DNA of 64,000 bases from Macrostomum lignano (taxonomy: Eukaryota), in NCBI GenBank assembly GCA_002269645.1, contig NIVC01001368.1, positions 1 to 64,000 on the forward strand. Direction: 5' to 3'. The notes under the pieces were generated by a model, which was not told the DNA's origin, did not search any database, and worked only from the letters and a program-made list of their open reading frames with translations. Shown piece after piece: positions 28,452 to 40,830 of this stretch; the stretch's first letter is position 1; every line of letters starts with the position of its first letter. The position numbers were made by a program, and so were the translations under genes.

Positions 28452-31320
28452 TCAGTCGCAGAAAGGCGCGCAAAACGGGTACAGAAGCAGCTCTTCAGCG
28501 CTGGGCCTTTCCTCAACTGCGGCAAAGCAATCCGCGATGAAGCGTGCAGTTTCTTGGCTGGCCGACTCGGGCAGCGAGAAATTTATGACCCTGTCGCTGA
28601 CGATTCTGTACATGACGCTGGCCGGGTTGTCCAGGTAGTGATACGGCGGATCGCCCGTGAGGAACTCAACAACCGTGGCGCCAAGCGACCAAATGTCGGC
28701 CCGGCTGTCGAACTCGGCGCCGCGGAACACCTCCGGGGGCGTGTAGAAGACGTTGGCGAACTTGTCGGACCAGGGGAACCGGCTCTGGTTGATGTTGCCC
28801 AGCTGCCTGGAAGCGCTGAAGTCGGCAATCTTCACGCTGCCCGCAGAGTCCCGCAGAATGTTTGCACCTGTGAGCGAGATCAGGATGCTGATTTTAACAC
28901 CTGTGAGCGAGATCAGGATGCTGATTTTAACACCTGTGAGCGAGATCAGGATGCTGATTTTAACACCTGTGAGCGAGATCAGGATGCTGATTTTAACACC
29001 TGTGAGCGAGATCAGGATGCTGATTTTAACACCTGTGAGCGAGATCAGGATGCTGATTTTAACACCTGTGAGCGAGATCAGGATGCTGATTTTAACACCT
29101 GTGAGCGAGATCAGGATGCTGATTTTAACACCTGTGAGCGAGATCAGGATGCTGATTTTAACACCTGTGAGCGAGATCAGGATGCTGATTTTAACACCTG
29201 GGTGCTGAAGGCGAGTTGGGCAGCGAGTCTTGAAACCTGGTGCTTCTGATTTCCAAGGGGGCGGATCATTTACTGCGTTTTCTAAACAAGGACCTAGGGA
29301 GTTGCAGCCTAGTGGTCAGAGCGTCGGACGCACGACTTGAAGGTCGAGGGTTCGATTCCCAATCCCACTGGAAATATTTTTTTTCTTGAGCAAGACACTT
29401 AACTCTGCGTTGCTTCAGTTCACCCAGATGTAAAATGGGTGCCAACATTAGCTGGGGTAATTGAGGGTGTGTGGCGACCCCCCAGTCCTTGGACTGAACA
29501 GTCGCACGCAACCTTCAGATGCGCCGCCCACAATAGCTGCGGTTGAGCTGTCGGTTGCACATCTTTATTGGGGCAGGTGTAATCAATTATTATTATTAAA
29601 CAAGCAAGAAGCAAAAACTCCTCCCAGGTGAGAGGATCGGGCCAAGCCAAAATCCAATACAAGCTCTGATAAGCAATAAATCCGCCAGCACCGCCACCTA
29701 CATTTGATGTCGCAGTGCACGATGCTGTTGCCGTGCAGAAATCTGAGCCCGTTCAGCACCATCCGGGTGTACTTCCTGGCCAGCACCTCCCGCAGCGGGC
29801 CGCTCTCGCTGATGAAGTCCCTGACGCTGCCGCCGTCCATGAACTCCATGAACACGCACAGGCGGCTGGGTTCCCGCCGGCAGCCGAAGTACTGCACTAC
29901 GCTCTCGTGCTTGATGTTGCGCAGCAGCTGGAACTTGGCCTCCATGGCCGCCACCTTGGGGGCGCCGCGCTCGTCACTCGGCTCGAGCTGCACCACCTTC
30001 ATGGAGAACACGCAGCCCGTGTCGTTGTCAACGCATCGGTACACCGCGCCGAAGCTGCCGTGGCCCAGCAGCTCCTCCTGGGTGAAATTCACTGGAGTGG
30101 CCGTTGCTGCAGAAGAGGGAGGGGTGACGGAGGAGTTCAGACTTCAGAGAGCAAGGATGAGATTACACCTCTAATGGTGCCTCACATATCAATATCTGTA
30201 TTATTAATAGCCCCAATAGAACAAGCCTCGAGTTCTTGAAATGCGGTGCACGACAACTTTTTGCTTAAAGATCGCATCAACTAAAATACTATAAAAAGGA
30301 GCAAATGGTGGGTGGTCAGGTGGTTTCGCAAATTTTTGACACTCAAGCGGACAGAGCTGCAGAGCAGCATGGCATGGGCATCGTCTCTGAGCTCATTCGT
30401 CTACTTGGCCTGCAGTCTGAGTCAGAACTCACGCTGGGCAACGAGGTGTTTGGGAACCTCTGACCAACCGCCCATGAACTGTTTGTGAAGTCAAGGGATG
30501 TCAGCCGCTCTGGGCTGGACCTGCAGCAGTTACTCAGCAGTAACTTCGTGGTCATCAGGACATCACCAAGCAGGGGTTCAGCCTCATCGACCGAGCATCG
30601 AGCAGGCCTACTGCGTGGTCAGGGCCCTGGCGGCCTACTGGATCGCGCGCCACCAACTTCAACAACTCGCTGCACTCCACGCCGCGATTCGCCAGTCTGC
30701 GACAAGTTCAGAAAGAGCGGCGTCGACTTCCGGCCGATGATCAAGCGGAGCATGTAGTACTTCTTTGAAGATTTGAGAGAGTACGTCAAGTCCAGCGATG
30801 AGAGGTGGCTGACCCGGGAGCGCTTGGCGCAGTCCACCCAGGCGATGGCGGAGGACCCCATTAAACCCCGGCTTTAATAAAATATATAGTCGAAGGGGCA
30901 GCGGGTCGAAGGGGCAGCGGGTCGTAGGGACCAGCGGGTCGTAGGGAGCGGCGGGTCGATGGCATTCAGGGCACGGCACTCACGCAGTGCAGGCTGGGCC
31001 TCGCCACCCGCAGGCGGGTCCAGCAGCAGGTGCAGGCTGTTGCGGCCGAAGTGGTCGTCGGAGATGCGCATGACCATGTCCAGGTCGTGCTGGTCCAGCA
31101 CCGGCACGATGCCGCACATGGCGTCCGGCATGCGGTAGAACAGGCAGTCGCGGCCGAAAGCCTGGTGGACTTTGACCAGCAGCTCCGGCAGCAGCAGCGG
31201 CCTGGGCAAAGAGCCCAGCCGGCGCAGCTGGCCGTTGCAGACGCATTTCACCCGGATGGTCGGGCACGGCGGCTCTGGGCTGACCGGATTCACCGGCGCT
31301 GCGGCAACTGCAGTGTCAGT
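28452..31320 (-). CDS. PB1-domain MAP3K2/3-like kinase, paralog B (atypical motifs). Exons ~30984-31320, 29702-30106, 28452-28867; start unresolved
   Basis: PB1-like IRVKCVCNGQLRRL..VLDQHDLD; GHGSFG, FSMK, FMEFMDGGSV, HCDIK|CANILRD, DFS, DIWSLGATVVEFLTG, RPSAEELL; in-phase GT-AG junctions. Confidence 0.88.
28865..29200. repeat. 33-bp minisatellite containing the 3' splice site, ~10 copies
   Basis: Unit acacctgtgagcgagatcaggatgctgatttta; on the minus strand each unit ends in ...ctgatctcgctcacAG. Confidence 0.97.
29291..29600 (+). mobile_element. tRNA-derived SINE with CORE-like domain, copy 2 (in kinase B intron)
   Basis: A and B boxes; cttgagcaagacacttaactc...cttcagttcacccagatgtaaaatggg; (ATT)n tail; TAAACAAG on both flanks as a candidate TSD. 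Confidence 0.88.
30349..30878 (+). pseudogene. Disrupted coding fragment, possibly EcKinase-like (EcKL/CHK family), antisense within a kinase B intron
   Basis: Frame-switching translation gives FVVIRDITKQGFSLIDR..SIEQAYCVVRALAAYW and FRPMIKRSM*YFFEDLREYV; contains internal stops and frameshifts. Confidence 0.4.
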
Positions 31321-31544
31321 CTGGGGAGGGGTGAAGATGCTGGCGTGCCTGCTGGTGCATTGCAAGAAGAGAAAAGTCTTCCACTAGCTAATATACTACT
31401 ATGAGTAATTGCTACCGAATGCGAAAACACCGGGGACAAGGAACGTAACAATCGATTATGTAGAAGCTTGAGAAGAAAAAACATAACGGACTGTAGAACC
31501 TCTGGAAGTGAGCAAACCTTGTGCAGTAACTAAATGAGTAAACA

Positions 31545-34500
31545 AAGACTGTACAGTAACTTACAGTGAACAAAGACTGACTGTACAGTAGTTGCAGGAG
31601 TGAACAAAGACTGACTGTACACTAGCTACAGAAGTGAACAAAAACTAACTGTACAGTAGCTACAAGAGTGAACAAAGACTGACTGTACAGTTGCTACAGG
31701 AGTGAACAAAGACTGACTGTACAGTTGCTACAGGAGTGAACAAAGACTGACTGTACAGTAGCTATAAGAGTGAAAAAAGACTGACTGTACAGTTGCTACA
31801 GGAGTGAACAAATACTGACTGTACAGTAGCTACAGGAGTGAACAAATACTGAATGTACACTAGCTACAGAAGTGAACAGACTGACTGTACAGTAGCTACA
31901 GGAGTGAACAGACTGACTGTACAGTAGCTACAGGAGTGAACAGACTGACTGTACAGTAGCTACAGGAGTGAACAGACTGACTGTACAGTAGCTACAGGAG
32001 TGAACAGACTGACTGTACAGTAGCTACAGGAGTGAACAGACTGACTGTACAGTAGCTACAGGAGTGAACAGACTGACTGTACAGTAGCTACAGGAGTGAA
32101 CAGACTGACTGTACAGTAGCTACAGGAGTGAACAAATACTGACTGTACAGTAGCTACAGGAGTGAACAAATACTGAATGTACAGTGGCTACAGGAGTGAA
32201 CAGACTGACTGTACAGTAGCTACAGAAGTGAACAGACTGACTGTACAGTAGCTACAGGAGTGAACAGACTGACTGTACAGTAGCTACAGGAGTGAACAGA
32301 CTGACTGTACAGTAGCTACAGGAGTGAACAGACTGACTGTACAGTAGCTACAGGAGTGAACAGACTGACTGTACAGTAGCTACAGGAGTGAACAGACTGA
32401 CTGTACAGTAGCTACAGGAGTGAACAGACTGACTGTACAGTAGCTACAGAAGTGAACAGACTGACTGTACAGTAGCTACAGGAGTGAACAGACTGACTGT
32501 ACAGTAGCTACAGGAGTGAACAGACAGACTGTACAGTAGCTACAGGAGTGAACAGACTGACTGTACAGTAGCTACAGGAGTGAACAGACTGACTGTACAG
32601 TAGCTACAGGAGTGAACAGACTGACTGTACAGTAGCTACAGGAGTGAACAGACTGACTGTACAGTAGCTACAGGAGTGAACAGACTGACTGTACAGTAGC
32701 TACAGGAGTGAACAGACTGACTGTACAGTAGCTACAGGAGTGAACAGACTGACTGTACAGTAGCTACAGGAGTGAACAGACTGACTGTACAGTAGCTACA
32801 GGAGTGAACAAATACTGACTGTACAGTAGCTACAGGAGTGAACAAATACTGAATGTACAGTGGCTACAGGAGTGAACAGACTGACTGTACAGTAGCTACA
32901 GAAGTGAACAGACTGACTGTACAGTAGCTACAGGAGTGAACAGACTGACTGTACAGTAGCTACAGGAGTGAACAGACTGACTGTACAGTAGCTACAGGAG
33001 TGAACAGACTGACTGTACAGTAGCTACAGGAGTGAACAGACTGACTGTACAGTAGCTACAGGAGTGAACAGACTGACTGTACAGTAGCTACAGGAGTGAA
33101 CAGACTGACTGTACAGTAGCTACAGGAGTGAACAGACTGACTGTACAGTAGCTACAGGAGTGAACAGACTGACTGTACAGTAGCTACAGGAGTGAACAAA
33201 TACTGACTGTACAGTAGCTACAGGAGTGAACAAATACTGAATGTACAGTGGCTACAGGAGTGAACAGACTGACTGTACAGTAGCTACAGAAGTGAACAGA
33301 CTGACTGTACAGTAGCTACAGGAGTGAACAGACTGACTGTACAGTAGCTACAGAAGTGAACAGACTGACTGTACAGTAGCTACAAGAGTGAACAAAGACT
33401 GACTGTACAGTTGCTACAGGAGTGAACAAAGACTGACTGTACAGTTGCTACAGGAGTGAACAAAGACTGACTGTACAGTAGCTATAAGAGTGAAAAAAGA
33501 CTGACTGTACAGTTGCTACAGGAGTGAACAAATACTGACTGTACAGTAGCTACAGGAGTGAACAAATACTGAATGTACACTAGCTACAGAAGTGAACAGA
33601 CTGACTGTACAGTAGCTACAGGAGTGAACAGACTGACTGTACAGTAGCTACAGGAGTGAACAGACTGACTGTACAGTAGCTACAGGAGTGAACAGACTGA
33701 CTGTACAGTAGCTACAGGAGTGAACAGACTGACTGTACAGTAGCTACAGGAGTGAACAGACTGACTGTACAGTAGCTACAGGAGTGAACAGACTGACTGT
33801 ACAGTAGCTACAGGAGTGAACAGACTGACTGTACAGTAGCTACAGGAGTGAACAAATACTGACTGTACAGTAGCTACAGGAGTGAACAAATACTGAATGT
33901 ACAGTGCTACAGGAGTGAACAGACTGACTGTACAGTAGCTACAGAGTGAACAGACTGACTGTACAGTAGCTACAGGAGTGAACAGACTGACTGTACAGTA
34001 GCTACAGAGTGAACAGACTGACTGTACAGTAGCTACAGGAGTGAACAGACTGACTGTACAGTAGCTACAGGAGTGAACAGACTGACTGTACAGTAGCTAC
34101 AGGAGTGAACAGACTGACTGTACAGTAGCTACAGGAGTGAACAGACTGACTGTACAGTAGCTACAGGAGTGAACAGACTGACTGTACAGTAGCTACAGGA
34201 GTGAACAGACTGACTGTACAGTAGCTACAGGAGTGAACAGACTGACTGTACAGTAGCTACAGGAGTGAACAGACTGACTGTACAGTAGCTACAGGAGTGA
34301 ACAGACAGACTGTACAGTAGCTACAGGAGTGAACAGACTGACTGTACAGTAGCTACAGGAGTGAACAGACTGACTGTACAGTAGCTACAGGAGTGAACAG
34401 ACTGACTGTACAGTAGCTACAGGAGTGAACAGACTGACTGTACAGTAGCTACAGGAGTGAACAGACTGACTGTACAGTAGCTACAGGAGTGAACAGACTG

Positions 34501-36826
34501 ACTGTACAGTAGCTACAGAGTGAACAGACTGACTGTACAGTAGCTACAGGAGTGAACAGACTGACTGTACAGTAGCTACAGGAGTGAACAGACTGACTGT
34601 ACAGTAGCTACAGGAGTGAACAGACTGACTGTACAGTAGCTACAGGAGTGAACAGACTGACTGTACAGTAGCTACAGGAGTGAACAGACTGACTGTACAG
34701 TAGCTACAGGAGTGAACAGACTGACTGTACAGTAGCTACAGGAGTGAACAGACTGACTGTACAGTAGCTACAGGAGTGAACAGACTGACTGTACAGTAGC
34801 TACAGGAGTGAACAGACTGACTGTACAGTAGCTACAGGAGTGAACAGACTGACTGTACAGTAGCTACAGGAGTGAACAAATACTGACTGTACAGTAGCTA
34901 CAGGAGTGAACAAATACTGAATGTACAGTAGCTACAGGAGTGAACAGACTGACTGTACAGTAGCTACAGAAGTGAACAGACTGACTGTACAGTAGCTACA
35001 GGAGTGAACAGACTGACTGTACAGTAGCTACAGGAGTGAACAGACTGACTGTACAGTAGCTACAGGAGTGAACAGACTGACTGTACAGTAGCTACAGGAG
35101 TGAACAAATACTGACTGTACAGTAGCTACAGGAGTGAACAAATACTGACTGTACAGTAGCTACAGGAGTGAACAGACTGACTGTACAGTAGCTACAGAGT
35201 GAACAGACTGACTGTACAGTAGCTACAGGAGTGAACAGACTGACTGTACAGTAGCTACAGGAGTGAACAGACTGACTGTACAGTAGCTACAGGAGTGAAC
35301 AGACTGACTGTACAGTAGCTACAGGAGTGAACAGACTGACTGTACAGTAGCTACAGGAGTGAACAGACTGACTGTACAGTAGCTACAGGAGTGAACAGAC
35401 TGACTGTACAGTAGCTACAGAGTGAACAGACTGACTGTACAGTAGCTACAGGAGTGAACAGACTGACTGTACAGTAGCTACAGGAGTGAACAGACTGACT
35501 GTACAGTAGCTACAGGAGTGAACAGACTGACTGTACAGTAGCTACAGGAGTGAACAGACTGACTGTACAGTAGCTACAGGAGTGAACAGACTGACTGTAC
35601 AGTAGCTACAGGAGTGAACAGACTGACTGTACAGTAGCTACAGGAGTGAACAGACTGACTGTACAGTAGCTACAGGAGTGAACAGACTGACTGTACAGTA
35701 GCTACAGGAGTGAACAGACTGACTGTACAGTAGCTACAGGAGTGAACAGACTGACTGTACAGTAGCTACAGGAGTGAACAAATACTGACTGTACAGTAGC
35801 TACAGGAGTGAACAAATACTGACTGTACAGTAGCTACAGGAGTGAACAGACTGACTGTACAGTAGCTACAGAGTGAACAGACTGACTGTACAGTAGCTAC
35901 AGGAGTGAACAGACTGACTGTACAGTAGCTACAGGAGTGAACAGACTGACTGTACAGTAGCTACAGGAGTGAACAGACTGACTGTACAGTAGCTACAGGA
36001 GTGAACAGACTGACTGTACAGTAGCTACAGGAGTGAACAAATACTGACTGTACAGTAGCTACAGGAGTGAACAAATACTGAATTACACTAGCTACAGAAG
36101 TAACAGACTGACTGTACAGTAGCTACAGGAGTGAACAGACTGACTGTACAGTAGCTACAGGAGTGAACAGACTGACTGTACAGTAGCTACAGGAGTGAAC
36201 AGACTGACTGTACAGTAGCTACAGGAGTGAACAGACTGACTGTACAGTAGCTACAGGAGTGAACAGACTGACTGTACAGTAGCTACAGGAGTGAACAGAC
36301 TGACTGTACAGTAGCTACAGGAGTGAACAAATACTGAATGTACACTAGCTACAGAAGTGAACAGACTGACTGTACAGTAGCTACAGGAGTGAACAGACTG
36401 ACTGTACAGTAGCTACAGAAGTGAACAGACTGACTGTACAGTAGCTACAGGAGTGAACAGACTGACTGTACAGTAGCTACAGGAGTGAACAGACTGACTG
36501 TACAGTAGCTACAGGAGTGAACAGACTGACTGTACAGTAGCTACAGGAGTGAACAAATACTGACTGTACAGTAGCTACAGGAGTGAACAGACTGACTGTA
36601 CAGTAGCTTTAGGAGTGAACAAATACTGACTGTACAGTAGCTACAGGAGTGAACAGACTGACTGTACAGTAGCTACAGGAGTGAACAGACTGACTGTACA
36701 GTAGCTACAGGAGTGAACAGACTGACTGTACAGTAGCTACAGGAGTGAACAAAGACTGACTGTACAGTAGCTACAGGAGTGAACAAAGACTGACTGTACA
36801 CTAGCTACAGGAGTGAACAAAGACTG
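31545..36826. repeat. 32-bp satellite, ~165 copies (5.3 kb)
   Basis: Unit gtacagtagctacaggagtgaacagactgact, with recurring variant blocks. Confidence 0.99.
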
Positions 36827-37402
36827 TGAAGCTAAGAAAGTGCAAAGACTTGAAGTCTTGCGGAAGTGGATTTGAACAAAGGTGGAATACAAATGTATTT
36901 CACAGGTTAGGTAAGGCACTTGCGCTCGTTCTATCGAGTTTACCAGCGTAAATTTGATTACTGGCACTGCAAGCACATAAAGTTTCTGATCAACCGCACA
37001 CTGCCCAGAATTGAAACAATCGAAATCTGGCAGAGAGCTTAGGGAGGCAAAATTTGAATTGAAAAAAATTCAAGGCAATGCACGCGGTTGTAAAAACTTA
37101 CACAGGTGCGCGTAGCAAATGAGGCGAATTCGCTCCGGCATGATCTGCGCCGCGGTTTATTTTATGAAATTCTAAAAACACAACTTATCTCGACACTTGA
37201 AAGAAATGGAAGAACTCTCGAAACAATATTTTTGAACATGATATTTTTTTCCGAATTCAAAACTCGAAAGATGGAACAAGCAACAGAAATGCAAAAGCAG
37301 TTGGCAGTGGTGCGGCGTGGTCAGCAGTGAGTTGACAGCGAGCTGCTCAGGCGGCAAGTTAAACTTGGCTGTGGAATAAGCGAAATAAACAGATTTTGTT
37401 CT

Positions 37403-37536
37403 GAGCTGCAGGTGTGCCTGAGCTGCAGGTGTGCCTGAGCTGCAGGTGTGCCTGAGCTGCAGGTGTGCCTGAGCTGCAGGTGTGCCTGAGCTGCAGGTGT
37501 GCCTGAGCTGCAGGTGTGCCTGAGCTGCAGGTGTGC
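37403..37536. repeat. 17-bp tandem repeat, ~8 copies
   Basis: Unit gagctgcaggtgtgcct. Confidence 0.95.
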
Positions 37537-37801
37537 CAGTTTACAAACGCAACGCACAAAGTCTGGGAAGAACGATTGACATGAGGCTGGGGAAGACGAA
37601 AATGTACAGTCAGTATACATGGTACAGTCCTCATGAGCTGCAGTCTCATACATGTACTATAATACGCTATGCAGCACAAATATGCATTCACACACAACTT
37701 TCCCAGCTGGTGCACTTCCATAAGCATTTGTCTGTTTAACACCTGTCTCTAATTCCCAGTCATTGAGCCTCGATTTCGCAAATGCGCCGAGCCAGCAGCG
37801 G

Positions 37802-40800
37802 TCAGAAGGGCGGCGAGTCGTCGAGAGGCGGCAGGAACGGGTGGTTTCGCAGCAGCTCCTCCGCGCCCGGCCTGAGGGAGGCGGGCCGCGCGAAGCAGGT
37901 CCGGATGAAGTCGCGGGCGACATCGCTGGCCTCCGCAGGCATGCGGAAGTGCTCCGGGTGGTTCATGATGCACAGCACCACCGCGGCTGGGTTGTCGCAG
38001 TGGTGGTACGGCGGCTGCCCCGTCAGGAACTCCACCACGGTGGCACCCAGCGACCAGATGTCGGTCTTAAAGTCGATGTGGGCCTCGCCACCGATCATCT
38101 CTGGCGACATGTAGAAAACGGTGCCGGTGACCGAGTGGCTGGTGCCGATCTCCTGGATGCGCTTGGCCGCGCCGAAGTCCGACAGCTTCACCTTGCCGTG
38201 CGAGTCCTTCAGGATGTTCGCGGCTGCGGGAATCCATCGGGTTGATATTGGCAGCCCCATTCTGGCTCAGTGATTACACACCCCACCAGCCGCTACCAAT
38301 GACTTTGATGTGATCCCACACCCCCGCCAGACGCTCCCAATGACCTTGATGTGATCCCACACCCCCGCCAGACGCTCCCAATGACCTTGAGGTGATCCCA
38401 CACCCCCACCAGCCGCTCTTCATGACCTCAAGGCGATTCCATACCCCAGAAAGCACATTCCGACCCACCTCCCACCCATGACATCGCGGTGATCCCATCC
38501 CACACGCCAGCAGCTCACCCTTGACATCTCTGTGGATGATGTCCCTGCTGTGCAGGAAGTGAAGGCCTTCCATGACCATCCGGGTGAACCGCATGGCCGC
38601 CTTCTCGTTCAGCGGTCCGCGGGCGCGGATGTAGTGCCGCAGGCTGTTCTCCGGCATGAATTCCATGAAAATACAGAGCCGGTTGGGCTCCCGCCGGCAG
38701 TCGAAGTACTTCACGATGCGCCGGTGCTCGATGGCGCGCAGCAGGCGGATCTCCTGCTCCAGGGAGCGAACGGCCTGCGACTCCAGGCTGTGCGAGTTCA
38801 GCTCCACCACCTTCACGGCGTAGATGCGACCAGTGTTGAAATCCTCGCACTTGTACACCTTGCCAAAGGAGCCCTGGCCAAGGAAGGTGCACTTCTCGAA
38901 GTTCAGAGCGATTTGGCCAACTGGAAGGAAACGGTGCGAACTTCTGTCGGCTGCTGTCACGAAAGCTGCCGGGGTTCGATTCCGGACCCGCGGAGCGTGG
39001 CCAAATTTTAATCCGGGGTTCTTGCAGCTCGTACGGATCTTGGCTGCTTGCAGGTGTACAGCAGGAACTACTCGAGTAGGAGGACGCGAAACTACTTTTG
39101 TTGGAAATTTTTAGGAGGCAGGTTTTACCGAAAGAGTACATTCGGAGATAAGAGGTTTTCATTTTTTCAACATAAAAATTGTTATTGCTTTTGATAGGAG
39201 GCAGACCCAGTGCTTATCTTTTGATATGACTTGCCTTTGTTACAGATTTATTGATATTCGTAAAGCTTTTTGTTGCACAGTCAATAGACAAAGGATACTA
39301 AAATAGATTCATAAAACCACTTAGTGCATTTTTCTTGCCATTTTTATGATTTTTAGGCACAGGACATGTGCGATTGTACATAGGGTGCAAAATATACATA
39401 AAATCCTGGCTTTCAAAACAAAAAAGCTTCACGAATACCAATAGAGCTATAAAGAAAGTCAAACCATATCAAAAGATGAACATTGGGTTTGCCTCCCATC
39501 AATAGCAACAACAATTTTTGTGCTGAAAATATGAAAAGCTCCATTCTCCGTAATTTACTCTTTTGCATGGTAAAACCTGCATCCTAAAATTTTGCAGGAA
39601 ACCAAGTTTCATGTCATTCTACTTAAGTAGTCCTTGGTGCACAGATGTGAGAGCTCTGCCTGCGATCGATATTCCTCTATCTATCCGTGCACGTGCTCGG
39701 GAAGGGCAACTTGCCCGCTAGCTGGCTGTGGGTGATCCGGGATCACTGAGGACATGGAAGGGACATGGAAGGCCGATTCCTTCTGGATTGAACAGATTTT
39801 AATGGTTTGCTTTATTCTGCTCGGAATAGTGAGTTCTATAAATAGACGTCAGTATCTTTAAACCCATTCTGGAAGTAAAACTTTGCAGTCCCAATTTTCA
39901 AAGCTCGCCTTTAATTTTTCTAAGCACAAAACAGACTTGCGTTTTGTTTTGCGAACTCATGTCAGTTGTGATTCCCTCAGCTGCTGCTCAGCTTTAAACA
40001 GAGATCAAGTTTGGTCCCATTTCTAGGGGAGCGCACTTGTCCCTTCTCCAACTGTTCCCCAGCTGTCGATCGCTGGGCCAGACTCGAAAGCCGCCCCCCC
40101 CCCGGCATACTGGCCAGCTGTAACCGCACATGGGGTTTTACTTATAGAAGCTACAGGTAGGAGAAACTCCTCGCGACTCACTGTCCGAGTTGTCCGCAAC
40201 CGAGTCGAGTCCCTGGCCGCTGGGGTGCCTGGCTGGAACGAACGGCGCCAGCTGCTCCTTCTGCACGGCGCCATCTTCGCTGACCCCCGCGTCGGACAGC
40301 CTGGAGCTGCGGCTGTTGCGCCGCTCCGAGGTTGAGCGCTCGCGGCGCTGAACCGAGATGGGGAATTCGGGCAACAGGAAGCTGGGCGGGGCGGGCGGCT
40401 GCGACTCGGGACCTGCGGCGGTGCGAAAAATATTCAACACACGGGCGTGAAGACTGAGGCTCCAATGCTTGCAAGTCCTTCGGAACATTCACTCTATCTA
40501 GAACCACACAAAACAATTCGACACGTCAGGCTACTCACTTGTGGTGGCGTCCGGGCTTTCCGGTTGGAGTCGCAGACGAAGGGTGCCGGCCTCCTGCTCG
40601 TAGTGGTCAGCGGCGATGGTCACAATGGTGTTGAGGTCCTGCTGGCTTCTGATTGGCTGCACGGAGCCGCACGGCATGGTGAACTGCACTTTAAGCTGGC
40701 GGCCGTAGACGCTGCGCAGAGAGGCGCTGAGCTGGGAGAGGCTGAGAGGCTGTGGGAACTGGCCAAGGGTGGAGCTGCGCCCATCGAGCTCGCAGATGAC

Positions 40801-40830
40801 TCGCAGCGGACTGAGCCCGTTGGAGATCAT
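37802..40830 (-). CDS. PB1-domain MAP3K2/3 (MEKK2/3)-like kinase, paralog A. Exons 40539-40830, 40182-40412, probably 40037-40117, 38519-38920, 37802-38223
   Basis: PB1-like LRVICELDG..IRSQQDLNTIV; GQGSFG, YAVK, LEQEIRLL, HRDVK|AANIL, DFG, GTVFYMSPE, DIWSLG; all junctions are phase 1. Confidence 0.92.
38275..38510. repeat. ~41-bp degenerate intronic repeat, ~5 copies
   Basis: gatcccacacccccgccagacgctcccaatgaccttgatgt units. Confidence 0.85.
39105..39593. mobile_element. MITE-like element with ~110-bp imperfect TIRs; related fragments at ~42655-42705 and ~42780-42870
   Basis: aaatttttaggaggcaggttttacc...gataggaggcagaccc is mirrored by gggtttgcctcccatc...ggtaaaacctgcatcctaaaattt. Confidence 0.65.
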
